Origin: Candidatus Levyibacteriota bacterium
Lineage (GTDB): Bacteria; Patescibacteriota; Microgenomatia; Levybacterales; UBA12049
Direction: 5' to 3'
DNA length: 64,000 nucleotides
NCBI GenBank assembly: GCA_049519175.1
Contig: JBEKQZ010000001.1
Span: forward strand, 399,679-463,678
Made by a program: the position numbers and the translations under genes
Part shown: one piece after another, positions 48,492 to 58,210 of the stretch
Layout: every line of letters starts with the position of its first letter
Numbering within the stretch: position 1 is the first letter of the stretch
The notes under the pieces: model-generated
What the model saw: only the letters and a program-made list of their open reading frames with translations
What the model was told of the DNA's origin: nothing
Databases searched by the model: none

Positions 48492-49124
48492 ATGAAAAAA
48501 ATTGTTCACACTGACGCGCAAATTAAGAGTTATTTGGATACAATTAAGAATTCTATTGAAGGAGATGTTGGGAAAGCTTTACCAGTTTATTCCTCTATTC
48601 CTTGTGGATTTTTTGCAGTTCCACGGTTACTATTCCCTGAAATTGATGGACTGGGTTCATATTTAACAGGAAAGCCAGAGGCAACTGTAGAAAATATAAC
48701 AACTTATTTAAGATTAATTTTATCAAAACTCGATGCTCGTTATTCTAAATATGCTGTATTTATAACATTTGTTTATAGGCATGGTTTATTGCATCAACAC
48801 GCACCTAAAAATTTTGAATATAAGAAAAAAGATATTAGCTGGATGTTTAATATTAATAACCCTAATAACCCAATAGATGTTCAACGTGAATTTCATTTAC
48901 GTTTTGAGCATAATTTTCTTCAAATAGATATGAATGTATTCTATAAAGATGTAGTTGATTCAATAGATCTAGCTTATGAAGAAATAATAAAATCCTATAA
49001 AGAAAAATTTGACCGATCCGTTTTTATTCAGGCATCTCCCCTTAATAAAACTAATATTCTAAAAAGAAAACAATACGCTAAATTTATAAAGAATTCAGAT
49101 TTTACATTCTTCAAAAAAATTTGA
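48492..49124 (+). CDS. Hypothetical protein (210 aa)
   Basis: ORF; operonic with 49134..49526 (10-nt gap). Confidence 0.4.
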   Translation: MKKIVHTDAQIKSYLDTIKNSIEGDVGKALPVYSSIPCGFFAVPRLLFPEIDGLGSYLTGKPEATVENITTYLRLILSKLDARYSKYAVFITFVYRHGLLHQHAPKNFEYKKKDISWMFNINNPNNPIDVQREFHLRFEHNFLQIDMNVFYKDVVDSIDLAYEEIIKSYKEKFDRSVFIQASPLNKTNILKRKQYAKFIKNSDFTFFKKI

Positions 49125-49133
49125 CAATCTATC

Positions 49134-49526
49134 GTGTATACCGTAACTGTTGACATAAATTCAGATTCGCCCAAGATAAGAGCTCTTGAAGCAAAAGGGA
49201 TTATAAAAATTTACAGAATAAGAATTGAGAATAATAAAAATAAACAGAGCGCTATTTTACCAACTAGCGTTCTTGGACGAACTGTTTTAGGTCAAATGCG
49301 CTTTGGATCAGATCAGCAAACTAAAGTATTTAACAAGTTAAAGAAAATTATTGGAATAAATAATATCAATGATTGTATTCATTTAGAAGCACACATAAGA
49401 GATAGGCGAGACTATTTCGTAACCGAGGACCATGATATCTTAGATGCGAGAACTCAATTAAAAGAAGACTTTCCGGAATTAGAGATTAGAACTGTTAACG
49501 AAATCATTAATGAACTCCAAACTTAG
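49134..49526 (+). CDS. Hypothetical protein (130 aa)
   Basis: ORF; acidic 'DYFVTEDHDILD' segment; tightly linked to the upstream gene. Confidence 0.4.
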   Translation: MYTVTVDINSDSPKIRALEAKGIIKIYRIRIENNKNKQSAILPTSVLGRTVLGQMRFGSDQQTKVFNKLKKIIGINNINDCIHLEAHIRDRRDYFVTEDHDILDARTQLKEDFPELEIRTVNEIINELQT

Positions 49527-49648
49527 CTAGATTTTATTATTTTACCAAGGCTTGCGTTGCACAACTCAAGGTGAGAGACGCTAAATATAAGATTTGACAT
49601 AAGGATTTAAAAAGCTTATATAAGTAATAGAGTATTATATTTTTCGGA

Positions 49649-50662
49649 ATGAAACGAATTTATTTAAATCTTAAAAAGATAATTGCAATTTGCTTAGTAC
49701 TCTTATTTCTAATTGTCATTGGATCAATATTTATTAAAACTTCATATAATTGGGCAAAATTATATTCTACCGATGGATCTTTTTCTATTAATTTCCCTTC
49801 AGCGCCTACAAAAACAGTTTCCGAACAACAGTTAAAAAACGACTCTAGAAAGGTAGCAATTACTGAATACAGAAGCGAACCAAGCAAAAATATAATTTTT
49901 AGTCTGTACTTTACTAAGTATCCTTTTTATTTTGATGATACTACGAAAACTCTAGTTGGGTTACGTGATGAAACTTTATCTTCAAATGGTAAGTTTAAAT
50001 TATTAACATCTAATTTAGGGAAATATTTTGGATTGCCAGGAGTAAAATTTACAGCAATAAATCAAGACTCAACATCCCCAAAATATTTAAATGACTTAAT
50101 AATTTTACTAGGAAACTCTGCATATATCATGGAGCTCGACGACAATAATAATGATTTAGCGAGTTTTAATAAGTTTTATTCTTCTTTTAGCCTATCTGAT
50201 ATTTGGCAAACATACACCTCTAATGAAGGCAATTTTAGGATTTCATTTCCCACCGCGAGCAGAAATATGTGGTCATCCGATATAAGTCTTTCCGCAACAC
50301 AGAAGAAGCATGAAATAACTATCGATACATTTGATGCAAAAGGTGATCAATACTCTGTACAACTAGATATTTATCCTTACAATCTTAGTGGTTCGCAAGA
50401 AGAATTAAATTCTATAAAGAGTCATATTGAACAAGCACTTGCAGGTTTCACGGTAATATCAGACAAGGATAGTACTTTTAAGGGATATCGCTCCTTTGAT
50501 TTGCTATTAAAAAAACAGAATAATTTTATTAAATATCGGGACTTTGTCGTAAATAATTATGCTTATATAATAATTTCAAGCTCAACCAATAGTGATTTTC
50601 CGAAATTTGAGGATTTTGCCAATTCTTTTCAGTTAATAAATACTAATCCAACTATAAAATAA
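49649..50662 (+). CDS. Secreted/membrane-anchored hypothetical protein (337 aa)
   Basis: N-terminal signal/TM 'IIAICLVLLFLIVIGSIFI'; Ser/Asn-rich. Confidence 0.45.
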   Translation: MKRIYLNLKKIIAICLVLLFLIVIGSIFIKTSYNWAKLYSTDGSFSINFPSAPTKTVSEQQLKNDSRKVAITEYRSEPSKNIIFSLYFTKYPFYFDDTTKTLVGLRDETLSSNGKFKLLTSNLGKYFGLPGVKFTAINQDSTSPKYLNDLIILLGNSAYIMELDDNNNDLASFNKFYSSFSLSDIWQTYTSNEGNFRISFPTASRNMWSSDISLSATQKKHEITIDTFDAKGDQYSVQLDIYPYNLSGSQEELNSIKSHIEQALAGFTVISDKDSTFKGYRSFDLLLKKQNNFIKYRDFVVNNYAYIIISSSTNSDFPKFEDFANSFQLINTNPTIK

Positions 50663-50843
50663 ACGCTTTAAAAACCAATGAGAATCTCTGTCCCCTAATT
50701 TTTTTATCCACGTCGCACATCTCAAAAATGTTCCTTGTTTGACTTCTATTCTTTAAGGGAGTACAAAGTTATAGGAAGTGACCTGAAGTTTGAAGTGGGG
50801 TCGCTGTGAGAAGCTAGGGCTGGGAAACCAGCCCTAAAGTAAT

Positions 50844-51767
50844 ATGCTATCGGATAAATCAATTCAGGAATTTAAGGCTATTTATAAAAAGGAATACGGA
50901 ATAGAGCTTTCTGATGTAGACGCAAGAGTCGCTGGGGAAAGATTAACTAGTTTTGTAGGTTTGTTGCTCGATCAAGTAATGACCGAAGAACAAAGAAAGA
51001 GAAGGCTTAAAGAAGAAAAGATAAAAGGATTTTTTCTAAAGGAAAGCGATGGTCATTATACGTGTGCAATTTGTAGGGAAACACTTCCCGGTAACGAAAT
51101 ATGGTGGAATCCGAAAGGCTTAAGATGTAAAGACTGCTGGAGAAATATTCAGCAAAAGGTAATTCCTCCTCTTGATTACGATAGCGATGATAGGGTTTGG
51201 ATTAAAGAATGGGAAATTCAGTCTGAGTTCGGTATTCACCCGGCAACCCGAAGAAAACTTGAAAGACAAGGGATTTTAATAGGAAGGGATTTAAAAAGAG
51301 AAGACGGAACAATTTATTGTACTGTCTATCTAATCAAAGAGAATGAAAAATTTCTCAAGACTTACAAAAGGAAACCTAAAATGAAAGTGAAGTTTGTAAG
51401 TGCCCAAAGCAATAATGTGAAAGCTAAAACCACCTATCCCACAGAAAAGGAATTACTTGAAATTAGAGATCGGGACAAAAGATGCGTATACTGTGGTAAG
51501 AAATTTGATAAAACTAGAGAGAAGGATTTACCAACGATTGAGCATCTAAATCACAGACAGGATTGGGATAGTGTGGGTGACTATAGACGGCAAGGAAAGC
51601 CAGTTTCGGAAATCTTAGCAATCTGTTGTATGGAATGCAATAGAAATAGAGGATCTAAATCTCTACATAAATGGTTTGAAACTAAATACTGTGTGGATAA
51701 CGGTATTAGCTATCAGATGGTTACTGAAGTAGTTAGAAAATACATAGACAAATACGAAAAAGATTAA
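50844..51767 (+). CDS. HNH endonuclease with an N-terminal zinc-finger region
   Basis: 'CVYCGKKFDKTR...IEHLNHRQDWDS...CCMECNRNRGSK' HNH beta-beta-alpha-Me motif; N-terminal 'CAICRET...CKDCW'. Confidence 0.65.
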   Translation: MLSDKSIQEFKAIYKKEYGIELSDVDARVAGERLTSFVGLLLDQVMTEEQRKRRLKEEKIKGFFLKESDGHYTCAICRETLPGNEIWWNPKGLRCKDCWRNIQQKVIPPLDYDSDDRVWIKEWEIQSEFGIHPATRRKLERQGILIGRDLKREDGTIYCTVYLIKENEKFLKTYKRKPKMKVKFVSAQSNNVKAKTTYPTEKELLEIRDRDKRCVYCGKKFDKTREKDLPTIEHLNHRQDWDSVGDYRRQGKPVSEILAICCMECNRNRGSKSLHKWFETKYCVDNGISYQMVTEVVRKYIDKYEKD

Positions 51768-51788
51768 CTATATCAAACTACATCATCA

Positions 51789-51847
51789 TTGAGACACCCT
51801 TTTTATACTGTCTCATTCGTCTCATTTAGCCTCAAATGTGAGACACC
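51789..51847 (+). repeat. Symmetric tandem-hairpin element TGAGACACC-N13-GTCTCA-N3-GTCTCA-N13-TGAGACACC
   Basis: Two adjacent stem-loops, each GAGACA/TGTCTC, immediately after the HNH gene stop. Confidence 0.45.
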
Positions 51848-51968
51848 GCTATAATGATATAATGGGTCTAGACCGAGATGCTCAGCTGAAAGAAGTGAAG
51901 CTGTGGGCTGGATGAGAAACGCCGCTAGCTCTTTAATTTCGGCTTCCGAAACGCTATAATCCCCAAAT

Positions 51969-52721
51969 ATGATCGCTATGGAAAGAAAACCGGAAGTTAC
52001 TTCTGAAATACCCGCATTATATTTTTTAGACACAGGTTTACCCGTTAAATACCCTGTTTGGACGGGATTGAAAGAAGAGTTGCGGACTGAAGAAAATTTG
52101 TTTACTGCTGTGCAAGAACGGAAATCGGGACCGGTTGATGTTTATGTTGATGCTTATCGCAGAGCACGGCAAAAAATTAAGCCAAGAGAATATTTTCATC
52201 ACGTGGGCCAAAGAATTAATCCTGAAGGCTGGACCACTGCAACAGCCACCGATATCACCTCTTTTTTTGTTTTACCTGGCGCGCAAGCCTTAATTGCCCT
52301 CAATCTCAATATGGGCCTAGATATGACAGCTCCCAAATTAGCAGTCGCTGCGGCATTGACCGGCATAAGCCTTATGGCAGATTGGTATGCACTTCGCAAA
52401 AAAGGCTGGGATATCTCGATTGTCGGATGTGTTGCACAAGCAATTACCGGAAAACCTGCTCTGTCTGCAATGCTTGAGCATACTATTAATTACATGGGAC
52501 CATTTAATGTTGTGAATATCGGTGCCATCACCGCTGGTATAGCCACAGGTAATTTTTCCTTCCTGATTGATAATATAACGGCGGCTCCTTTTGTTTTGGC
52601 GCCATGGTATATTGTAATGAATACGTTAATCGGTCATGGGCAAGCCGACAAGGTCTTGAATCCAATAGGAAAAGCTGAAGACGCTATCGCAGGCAACATT
52701 AAGCACGCGATTAAAGGATAA
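51969..52721 (+). CDS. Hypothetical protein (250 aa), hydrophobic C-terminal half
   Basis: ORF; Ala/Gly-rich hydrophobic segments. Confidence 0.35.
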   Translation: MIAMERKPEVTSEIPALYFLDTGLPVKYPVWTGLKEELRTEENLFTAVQERKSGPVDVYVDAYRRARQKIKPREYFHHVGQRINPEGWTTATATDITSFFVLPGAQALIALNLNMGLDMTAPKLAVAAALTGISLMADWYALRKKGWDISIVGCVAQAITGKPALSAMLEHTINYMGPFNVVNIGAITAGIATGNFSFLIDNITAAPFVLAPWYIVMNTLIGHGQADKVLNPIGKAEDAIAGNIKHAIKG

Positions 52722-52811
52722 GTTAACGGATCAAGACCTGAATGCTCAGCTAGACAAATTCCTTTTTACTAACATTTGACAAAGTTTTACATAAAATGAG
52801 ATGCTTAATTA

Positions 52812-53186
52812 ATGGAACCGCAAGAACAACAGCAACAACCTCAATTACCGCAACAACAGCAGACTTGTCCGTTCTGTCATTTCCAACTTTTACAAAATTA
52901 TTATTTTTGCCCAAACTGCGGCAAAAAAATCAGTGAGCCGCCAATCACGATTATCAAACAAATCGGTGTATACCTATTGAGTATTTTTTTACCGCCCTTG
53001 GGACTTTGGCCGGGCATTCGGTATCTTTTTTCCAAAGATGAAAAAACGAAAAAAGTCGGAACCATCGCCATTGTCTTAACTATTATTTCAACCATAGTTA
53101 CGCTTTGGCTATCGGTAGCAATGTTTAATAATCTAACTAAAAACGTCAACTCACAATTAAACCAATATCAAAACCTGGACTATTAA
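52812..53186 (+). CDS. Zinc-ribbon membrane protein with a Gln-rich N-terminus
   Basis: 'QQQPQLPQQQQ'; 'CPFCHFQ...CPNCGKK'; two TM helices. Confidence 0.4.
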   Translation: MEPQEQQQQPQLPQQQQTCPFCHFQLLQNYYFCPNCGKKISEPPITIIKQIGVYLLSIFLPPLGLWPGIRYLFSKDEKTKKVGTIAIVLTIISTIVTLWLSVAMFNNLTKNVNSQLNQYQNLDY

Positions 53187-53203
53187 TTTGCTATAATAAT
53201 TTT

Positions 53204-53770
53204 ATGCTTGGGCTAACCAAATCACAATTTTTCAGTGTGTTAAAGATTTGGATTCCGCTTGCCATCGTCACCACAGGACTGTGCGGGTTAATTTATTTGG
53301 CGGTCCAACAAGATATTAGAATCGGCGCCAACGATCCGCAAATTCAAATTGCCGAAGACGTTGCCCGACAAATCTCGACCGGAGAAAGTCCACTGGCTTT
53401 TATTCCACCGATAAAAGTGGAAATTTCCGAAAGTTTGGCTAACTACATTATAATTTTTGATGACAAACAAAAAATAATCGGCTCTTCGGCTGTGCTAGAT
53501 GGCAAAACACCAGTCATTCCGCAAGGAGTGCTTGATAAAACCAAAGCTGTTGGAGAAACGCGTTTTACCTGGCAACCAGAAGGTGGCGTTAGAAGCGCCG
53601 TGGTGGTTGATTATTTTAAAGGAGCAACCAATGGCTATGTCCTGGTAGGCAGATCGCTTCGGGAAATTGAAAATAGAGAAAATAATTTGGAGCTAATCGT
53701 TTTTCTAACCTGGGCTGTAACTCTAGGAGCCAGTCTTGCCGCCACCACAATTCTTAGCAAGCTCAAGTAG
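53204..53770 (+). CDS. Membrane-anchored hypothetical protein (188 aa)
   Basis: N- and C-terminal TM helices. Confidence 0.4.
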   Translation: MLGLTKSQFFSVLKIWIPLAIVTTGLCGLIYLAVQQDIRIGANDPQIQIAEDVARQISTGESPLAFIPPIKVEISESLANYIIIFDDKQKIIGSSAVLDGKTPVIPQGVLDKTKAVGETRFTWQPEGGVRSAVVVDYFKGATNGYVLVGRSLREIENRENNLELIVFLTWAVTLGASLAATTILSKLK

Positions 53771-55310
53771 GATTAATGTGCAAAATTAACGTCTTCCCAA
53801 AACAACCTTTTTTTAACGTGTAAACTCCAATCGTATTTTTGCCGTAAGGATTACTAATGGTTTTAATTTTTTGGAAAAATTTTTCCAACCCCGCCTGCTG
53901 CTCGTCCCTAGCTGCAAAATAAAATGGCGAATTTAAAGATAGACAGTCGTAACTATTTAATTTAATTGGAAAAAGCTCTGTTGCAAAATAGACCACTTTG
54001 ACATTGGTTGAATTAGCAAAATAATCGATTAAAGCACTTTCCGGATTGCCGGTATTTTCGGCAATACCAACTACTATTGGTTTGTCTTGGGAAACACTTT
54101 TGAAATAATCAACCGCCTCATTAATCCCGTATCCCGACGTCACCCCGCTCAAATAGCTGGCGTTAACCGACGGCGCATAAGGTAGCGTCTTAGTTAAATA
54201 CAGCGGCGGATTAAAAATTTGCAGTAGCGTTAGCAAAAAGGGAATTGATGCAATAATTAGTATTAATAAAATCCCTAAGACTTTTTGCCTTTTAAAACAA
54301 ATCCATAATAGATATGCAACCGGAATTAATAAAAACGGCAAGAAAGAAACTACATATCTATCCGAGGGAATTTTAACTAGCAACGTTGTTCCCAAAAGCG
54401 GCAAAATAAAAAATAGAAGAAGGATAATTTGGTTTTTTTGTCCTTTCCAAAAAATATAAATGATTCCAACGATACTTAGTAAAAATAACAGCGGCGTCAT
54501 AAAAGTTAAACCGATTTGCGTATTAACAGTCAAGGAATTTGCCCAAGTTTTGAGAGGAAAAGCGAGAATTTCCGTAAACGTTAACGAATAACGAGCGTTA
54601 CTTGATAATGTCTGCCAAAACTGCGGATTGATTAACAGAAAAAATATTGCTACCAGAAAAGTTAAAATTGTTATCACTAACGAATTTAACAAACGAACTT
54701 TTTTTGCAAAAACAGAATATCCAATCAAAACGAAAAAACCCGAACCGAGAAATAACAGTGCCGAAGATTTTATAAAAAATCCAATCCCTAAAACTATTCC
54801 CAAAAGAATTGGAGATAATTTCGATGCAGGATTTAGTAAAGTTTTTAATAAGAAATAGCCGGTCCAAATTCCGACCGCCGCAATTGCACTTTCCATTAAG
54901 GCTTGGCGGTCGTAAAAAGAGAATAGGGGAGTAATGGTATATAGAAAAACCGCTATCAAACCAACTTCTTTGGCAAAATATTCTTTGCAGATTTTATAAA
55001 TTCCCAGCATTGTAAAAAATCCGGCTAAAACTGAAATTAGTCTTCCGGCAAAAAGCGGATCGGATAAAATGCTTTCTGCGATTCCGAAGATCCACATTAA
55101 CAATGGCTGCTTGGCATCATAAAGTGAATAGTATAAAAACCCGGCGCGGTGAGTTTCCCGAAAACCCCAATCCAAATAAATTGCCTCGTCATTAAATATC
55201 GGCAGCTTAGTTAAGTTGATTAAACGGAAAACAAAATAGAACAGCGACAATAATAAGAGCAGTTTGTTTTTTCTTCCCCAATCAAATAATTCTTCGAATA
55301 ATTTCTCCAC
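53763..55310 (-). CDS. GT39/GT83-like (ArnT/PMT-type) polytopic glycosyltransferase
   Basis: About 12 TM helices; ArnT-like N-terminal loop with 'DEAIYLDWG' (DE motif). Confidence 0.6.
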   Translation of the reverse strand: MEKLFEELFDWGRKNKLLLLLSLFYFVFRLINLTKLPIFNDEAIYLDWGFRETHRAGFLYYSLYDAKQPLLMWIFGIAESILSDPLFAGRLISVLAGFFTMLGIYKICKEYFAKEVGLIAVFLYTITPLFSFYDRQALMESAIAAVGIWTGYFLLKTLLNPASKLSPILLGIVLGIGFFIKSSALLFLGSGFFVLIGYSVFAKKVRLLNSLVITILTFLVAIFFLLINPQFWQTLSSNARYSLTFTEILAFPLKTWANSLTVNTQIGLTFMTPLLFLLSIVGIIYIFWKGQKNQIILLLFFILPLLGTTLLVKIPSDRYVVSFLPFLLIPVAYLLWICFKRQKVLGILLILIIASIPFLLTLLQIFNPPLYLTKTLPYAPSVNASYLSGVTSGYGINEAVDYFKSVSQDKPIVVGIAENTGNPESALIDYFANSTNVKVVYFATELFPIKLNSYDCLSLNSPFYFAARDEQQAGLEKFFQKIKTISNPYGKNTIGVYTLKKGCFGKTLILHINPT

Positions 55311-55411
55311 TGGCTTTATTATTGATTATCGAATATCTTTAGTCAAATGCTGTAATTTCGATACCGAAGATATCTAATGACAAAATAATTTTGTGCTGAT
55401 ATAATCTATTT

Positions 55412-55861
55412 ATGGCCAAGAAAAACGGGATTTACAGAAAACTTTACCGCTCAGAAACAAACCGCGTCATAGCCGGCGTAGCCGGTGGGTTAGGGGAATA
55501 TTTTGAAGTTGATCCAACCATTATCCGGCTACTTTTTGTGCTACTGACGGTTTTTGGCGGTGGAGGAATTTTGGTTTATATCATACTTTGGATTCTTATT
55601 CCCTGCGAAAGTTGCATTAATAAAAATTCTGAAGACACCATTAAACAAAATGCCAAAGAATTAAAAACTAAAGCAAAAACTTTCGCCCAGGAATTTAAAG
55701 GTATGTCTATGGAAGACCATCCCCGTAACTGGCTCGGCTTCTTAATCATTATTCTTGGACTACTATTCTTATTTGATAACCTGGGATTCTTGCAATTTCA
55801 TCTTTTTTGGCCACTGCTTTTGGTTGCGTTAGGATTTTTTCTGCTTTTTAAAAATAAATAA
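55412..55861 (+). CDS. PspC-domain membrane protein
   Basis: 'KLYRSETNRVIAGVAGGLGEYFEVDPTIIRLLFV' PspC domain. Confidence 0.7.
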   Translation: MAKKNGIYRKLYRSETNRVIAGVAGGLGEYFEVDPTIIRLLFVLLTVFGGGGILVYIILWILIPCESCINKNSEDTIKQNAKELKTKAKTFAQEFKGMSMEDHPRNWLGFLIIILGLLFLFDNLGFLQFHLFWPLLLVALGFFLLFKNK

Positions 55862-56208
55862 TGGTCAAAGAAACTAAAGAAACAGACGAACAAATTATCG
55901 AAGGCATTCCGGTTGGATATTACCATAAGAAACATAGCGGAGAATCGGTTTTGGGGTTGGTAATATTATTCATCGGCATCCTTTTTCTTTTCAATAATCT
56001 TGGGTTGGTTCCCTGGAGCGTGTGGAATGGCCTTTGGAAATTCTGGCCGGTTATCATCATTCTTATTGGTATAAAAATGTTCGCGGGAAGGAGTTTATTA
56101 TCCAGAATTTTATTAACACTACTTTTGATTTTTGTTTTTGCCGGAGTCCTAGCCTACATTCTTTATTACTACGGAGTCTTCGCAACGCTTGGCATTTCCT
56201 TCTTCTAA
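55861..56208 (+). CDS. Small membrane protein, operonic with the PspC-domain gene
   Basis: Three TM helices; start overlaps the upstream stop. Confidence 0.4.
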   Translation: MVKETKETDEQIIEGIPVGYYHKKHSGESVLGLVILFIGILFLFNNLGLVPWSVWNGLWKFWPVIIILIGIKMFAGRSLLSRILLTLLLIFVFAGVLAYILYYYGVFATLGISFF

Positions 56209-56984
56209 TGAGCACTAGTCGAAGCTCCCGGATTTGTTATTCCCAAACCTTTTAGGCCTTGTCTGATGGAAACAGCATCGCTATAAGCAACTTTTAAATC
56301 TTGGACAGCGGCTTGGATTTTTGTCCTGGCGTCTTGAAGGCTAGGCTTATTTCCCGGATATCCTTGCGCGTTTAAAGGAGTCAGCTCTGCTTGCGCCACG
56401 GCAGTCTGGATGCTTGCATCATTAATTTTTGCTTTCATATCAGCAAGCGAAATATTTAATTGGGATACATTATCACCGGCGGCTTGAGCTTGGTTAATTC
56501 TGGTTTGCAACTTAGTATAAATTTGACTGAAAGTATCTATGGTAGTAGAGGTTCTGTCCGTCGCCACCAGTAAATTCACTTGTACCCTAAAAAACAAGAA
56601 AATATAATAGTTGTTGATGATTGATTTAACATCGGTTTTTAAAGTTGCATTGTCCGTATCCGCGTTGATTTTTGTTTGTAGAGCATTGAGTCCATCAATT
56701 TGGGCTTGAATTTGACTTTGCAAGCTGGCTTTTTCTGCCAATGAAAGCTTTTTAACGCCATTAATCTGGGCTATCAATTGAGTCAAGAAATCTACTCTTC
56801 TGGTAATTTCTTTTTCCGCCCTACTTCTTAAATCCTGTGAGACATTTGCTTGAATTTGCGTGATTACTGCGGCTCTTGAAGCAATTCTTGCTTCTCTTGC
56901 TTGCAACAGATTCCCTCCAACCGCATAGGAAGAATTGGCTGAAAGAATTAATCCGAACAATGTTAATATGATTATTTTTTTCAT
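56205..56984 (-). CDS. Secreted coiled-coil protein, hypothetical
   Basis: Signal peptide 'MKKIIILTLFGLILSANSSYA'; Gln/Ala-rich heptads. Confidence 0.4.
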   Translation of the reverse strand: MKKIIILTLFGLILSANSSYAVGGNLLQAREARIASRAAVITQIQANVSQDLRSRAEKEITRRVDFLTQLIAQINGVKKLSLAEKASLQSQIQAQIDGLNALQTKINADTDNATLKTDVKSIINNYYIFLFFRVQVNLLVATDRTSTTIDTFSQIYTKLQTRINQAQAAGDNVSQLNISLADMKAKINDASIQTAVAQAELTPLNAQGYPGNKPSLQDARTKIQAAVQDLKVAYSDAVSIRQGLKGLGITNPGASTSAH

Positions 56985-57359
56985 TTATTGTAAATTTGTT
57001 TGCTGATCATTGAAACTTTGGTTTACGTTATTCAAGTTGCTATTAAGATTATTTAAGTCCTGATCAGCCGCTTGCGTGTCCTGATTAATCGCGTTATCGC
57101 TCGTGTCTTTCACATTGATTTGATATGTCGATGGAATAGGCGTAATAGTCGGCGTTACTGTTGATTGATTATAGACTTGAATATTGGGAGTTGTTTTTTG
57201 TCCTTTATTGAAAAAAAGGAGATATCCCGACAACACTAAAACAATTACTATTATTACTATTGAAATTAACATCGCCAAAATTCTTCCCGTGCCAATTTTT
57301 GCCTGCGGAGCTTGTGGTAGAGGAGTAATCGGTTGTGGAGTTTCTGAACTATTTTCCAT
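56985..57359 (-). CDS. Small single-TM protein with an Asn/Gln-rich tail
   Basis: One TM helix 'ILAMLISIVIIVIVLVLSGYLLFF'. Confidence 0.35.
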   Translation of the reverse strand: MENSSETPQPITPLPQAPQAKIGTGRILAMLISIVIIVIVLVLSGYLLFFNKGQKTTPNIQVYNQSTVTPTITPIPSTYQINVKDTSDNAINQDTQAADQDLNNLNSNLNNVNQSFNDQQTNLQ

Positions 57360-57383
57360 AATAAAAAGTTTACTCCTTATGAA

Positions 57384-57425
57384 AAGTTTTTGTCAAGCGA
57401 ACAAATTACAATAATTTGCTATAAT
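57384..57425 (+). promoter_or_regulatory. tRNA-Leu promoter: extended -10 TGcTATAAT preceded by the conserved 17-nt motif AAAGTTTTTGTCAAGCG
   Basis: -10 at 57420-57425, 8 nt before the tRNA 5' end; the same 17-mer occurs at 47474-47490. Confidence 0.5.
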
Positions 57426-57433
57426 AGCCTTAA

Positions 57434-57517
57434 GCCCAGGTGGCGGAATTGGTAGACGCGCACGCTTCAGGTGCGTGTATTCGCAAGAATATGGGAGTTC
57501 GAGTCTCCCCCCGGGCA
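57434..57517 (+). tRNA. tRNA-Leu(CAG), class II
   Basis: GCCCAGGTGGCGGAATTGGTAGACGCG; anticodon stem-loop cacgc-ttCAGgt-gcgtg; variable arm tattcgcaagaatat; GAGTTCGAGTCTC. Confidence 0.8.
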
Positions 57518-57556
57518 CATTATATATACACTTAGATTGAAAAGATAGGAGCCTAG

Positions 57557-58210
57557 ATGAAATGGACAACTAGTCTTGCGTATAGCGTAGGACTAATCGT
57601 TACCGACGGTAATCTCTCAATAGACGGAAGACACATAAGCTTGACTTCTAAGGACTTGGATCAGATTACAACATTTGCCTCCTTATTAAATTTGAAAAAT
57701 AAAATTGGAAGAAAGAAGAGTTCATACAATCCTAAGGGCATTTATTATCAGCTACAATTCGGGAATGTGAAGTTTTATCGTTTTTTACTATCAATCGGAA
57801 TAACTCCCAACAAAACTAAGAGTTTAGGAGACATAGATATTCCACCTAAATATTTCGCAGACTTCTTACGGGGACATTTAGACGGTGATGGATTTACATA
57901 TTCTTATTGGGATAAAAGATGGAAAAATAGTTTTATGCTCTACACAGGTTTTATTTCAGCAAGTAAGGATCATATTTCATGGCTACAAGATCAAATAGAG
58001 AAAACTTTTCTAATAGAAGGCGTTATTAACTTCAATCGAACAGTTTATAGATTAATGTACGCAAAAAAGAGCTCTTTGATACTACTTAATAAACTTTATT
58101 ACAAAGACGATTTGCCCTGTCTTAAAAGAAAGAGATTTAAAATCGCGCAATGTTTAGCTATAATAAGAAGACGTGCGGATATGCTGGAACTGGTAGACAG
58201 GCATGCTTGA
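57557..58210 (+). CDS. LAGLIDADG homing endonuclease (two-motif, single-chain); the C-terminal 12 codons lie inside the tRNA-Leu(GAG) gene
   Basis: 'LAYSVGLIVTDGNLSIDG' and 'FLRGHLDGDGFTYS' LAGLIDADG blocks; stop TGA = nt 35-37 of the downstream tRNA anticodon loop. Confidence 0.7.
   Translation: MKWTTSLAYSVGLIVTDGNLSIDGRHISLTSKDLDQITTFASLLNLKNKIGRKKSSYNPKGIYYQLQFGNVKFYRFLLSIGITPNKTKSLGDIDIPPKYFADFLRGHLDGDGFTYSYWDKRWKNSFMLYTGFISASKDHISWLQDQIEKTFLIEGVINFNRTVYRLMYAKKSSLILLNKLYYKDDLPCLKRKRFKIAQCLAIIRRRADMLELVDRHA

Larger units (their letters stand above)
38362..51850. mobile_element. Phage-like integrated element (cryptic prophage or satellite-like); right boundary uncertain
   Basis: Serine recombinase next to tRNA-Gln; terminase large and small subunits; two DNA MTases; HNH endonuclease; AT-rich hypothetical ORFs; no capsid or portal genes seen. 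Confidence 0.45.

Noticed and set aside
53763-53770. Possible assignment of the GT39-like gene and the PspC genes to the phage-like island
   Set aside because: These look like core envelope genes (ArnT/PMT-type transferase, PspC) with GC content closer to the backbone. I therefore placed the island's right boundary upstream, near 51850, but this is uncertain.
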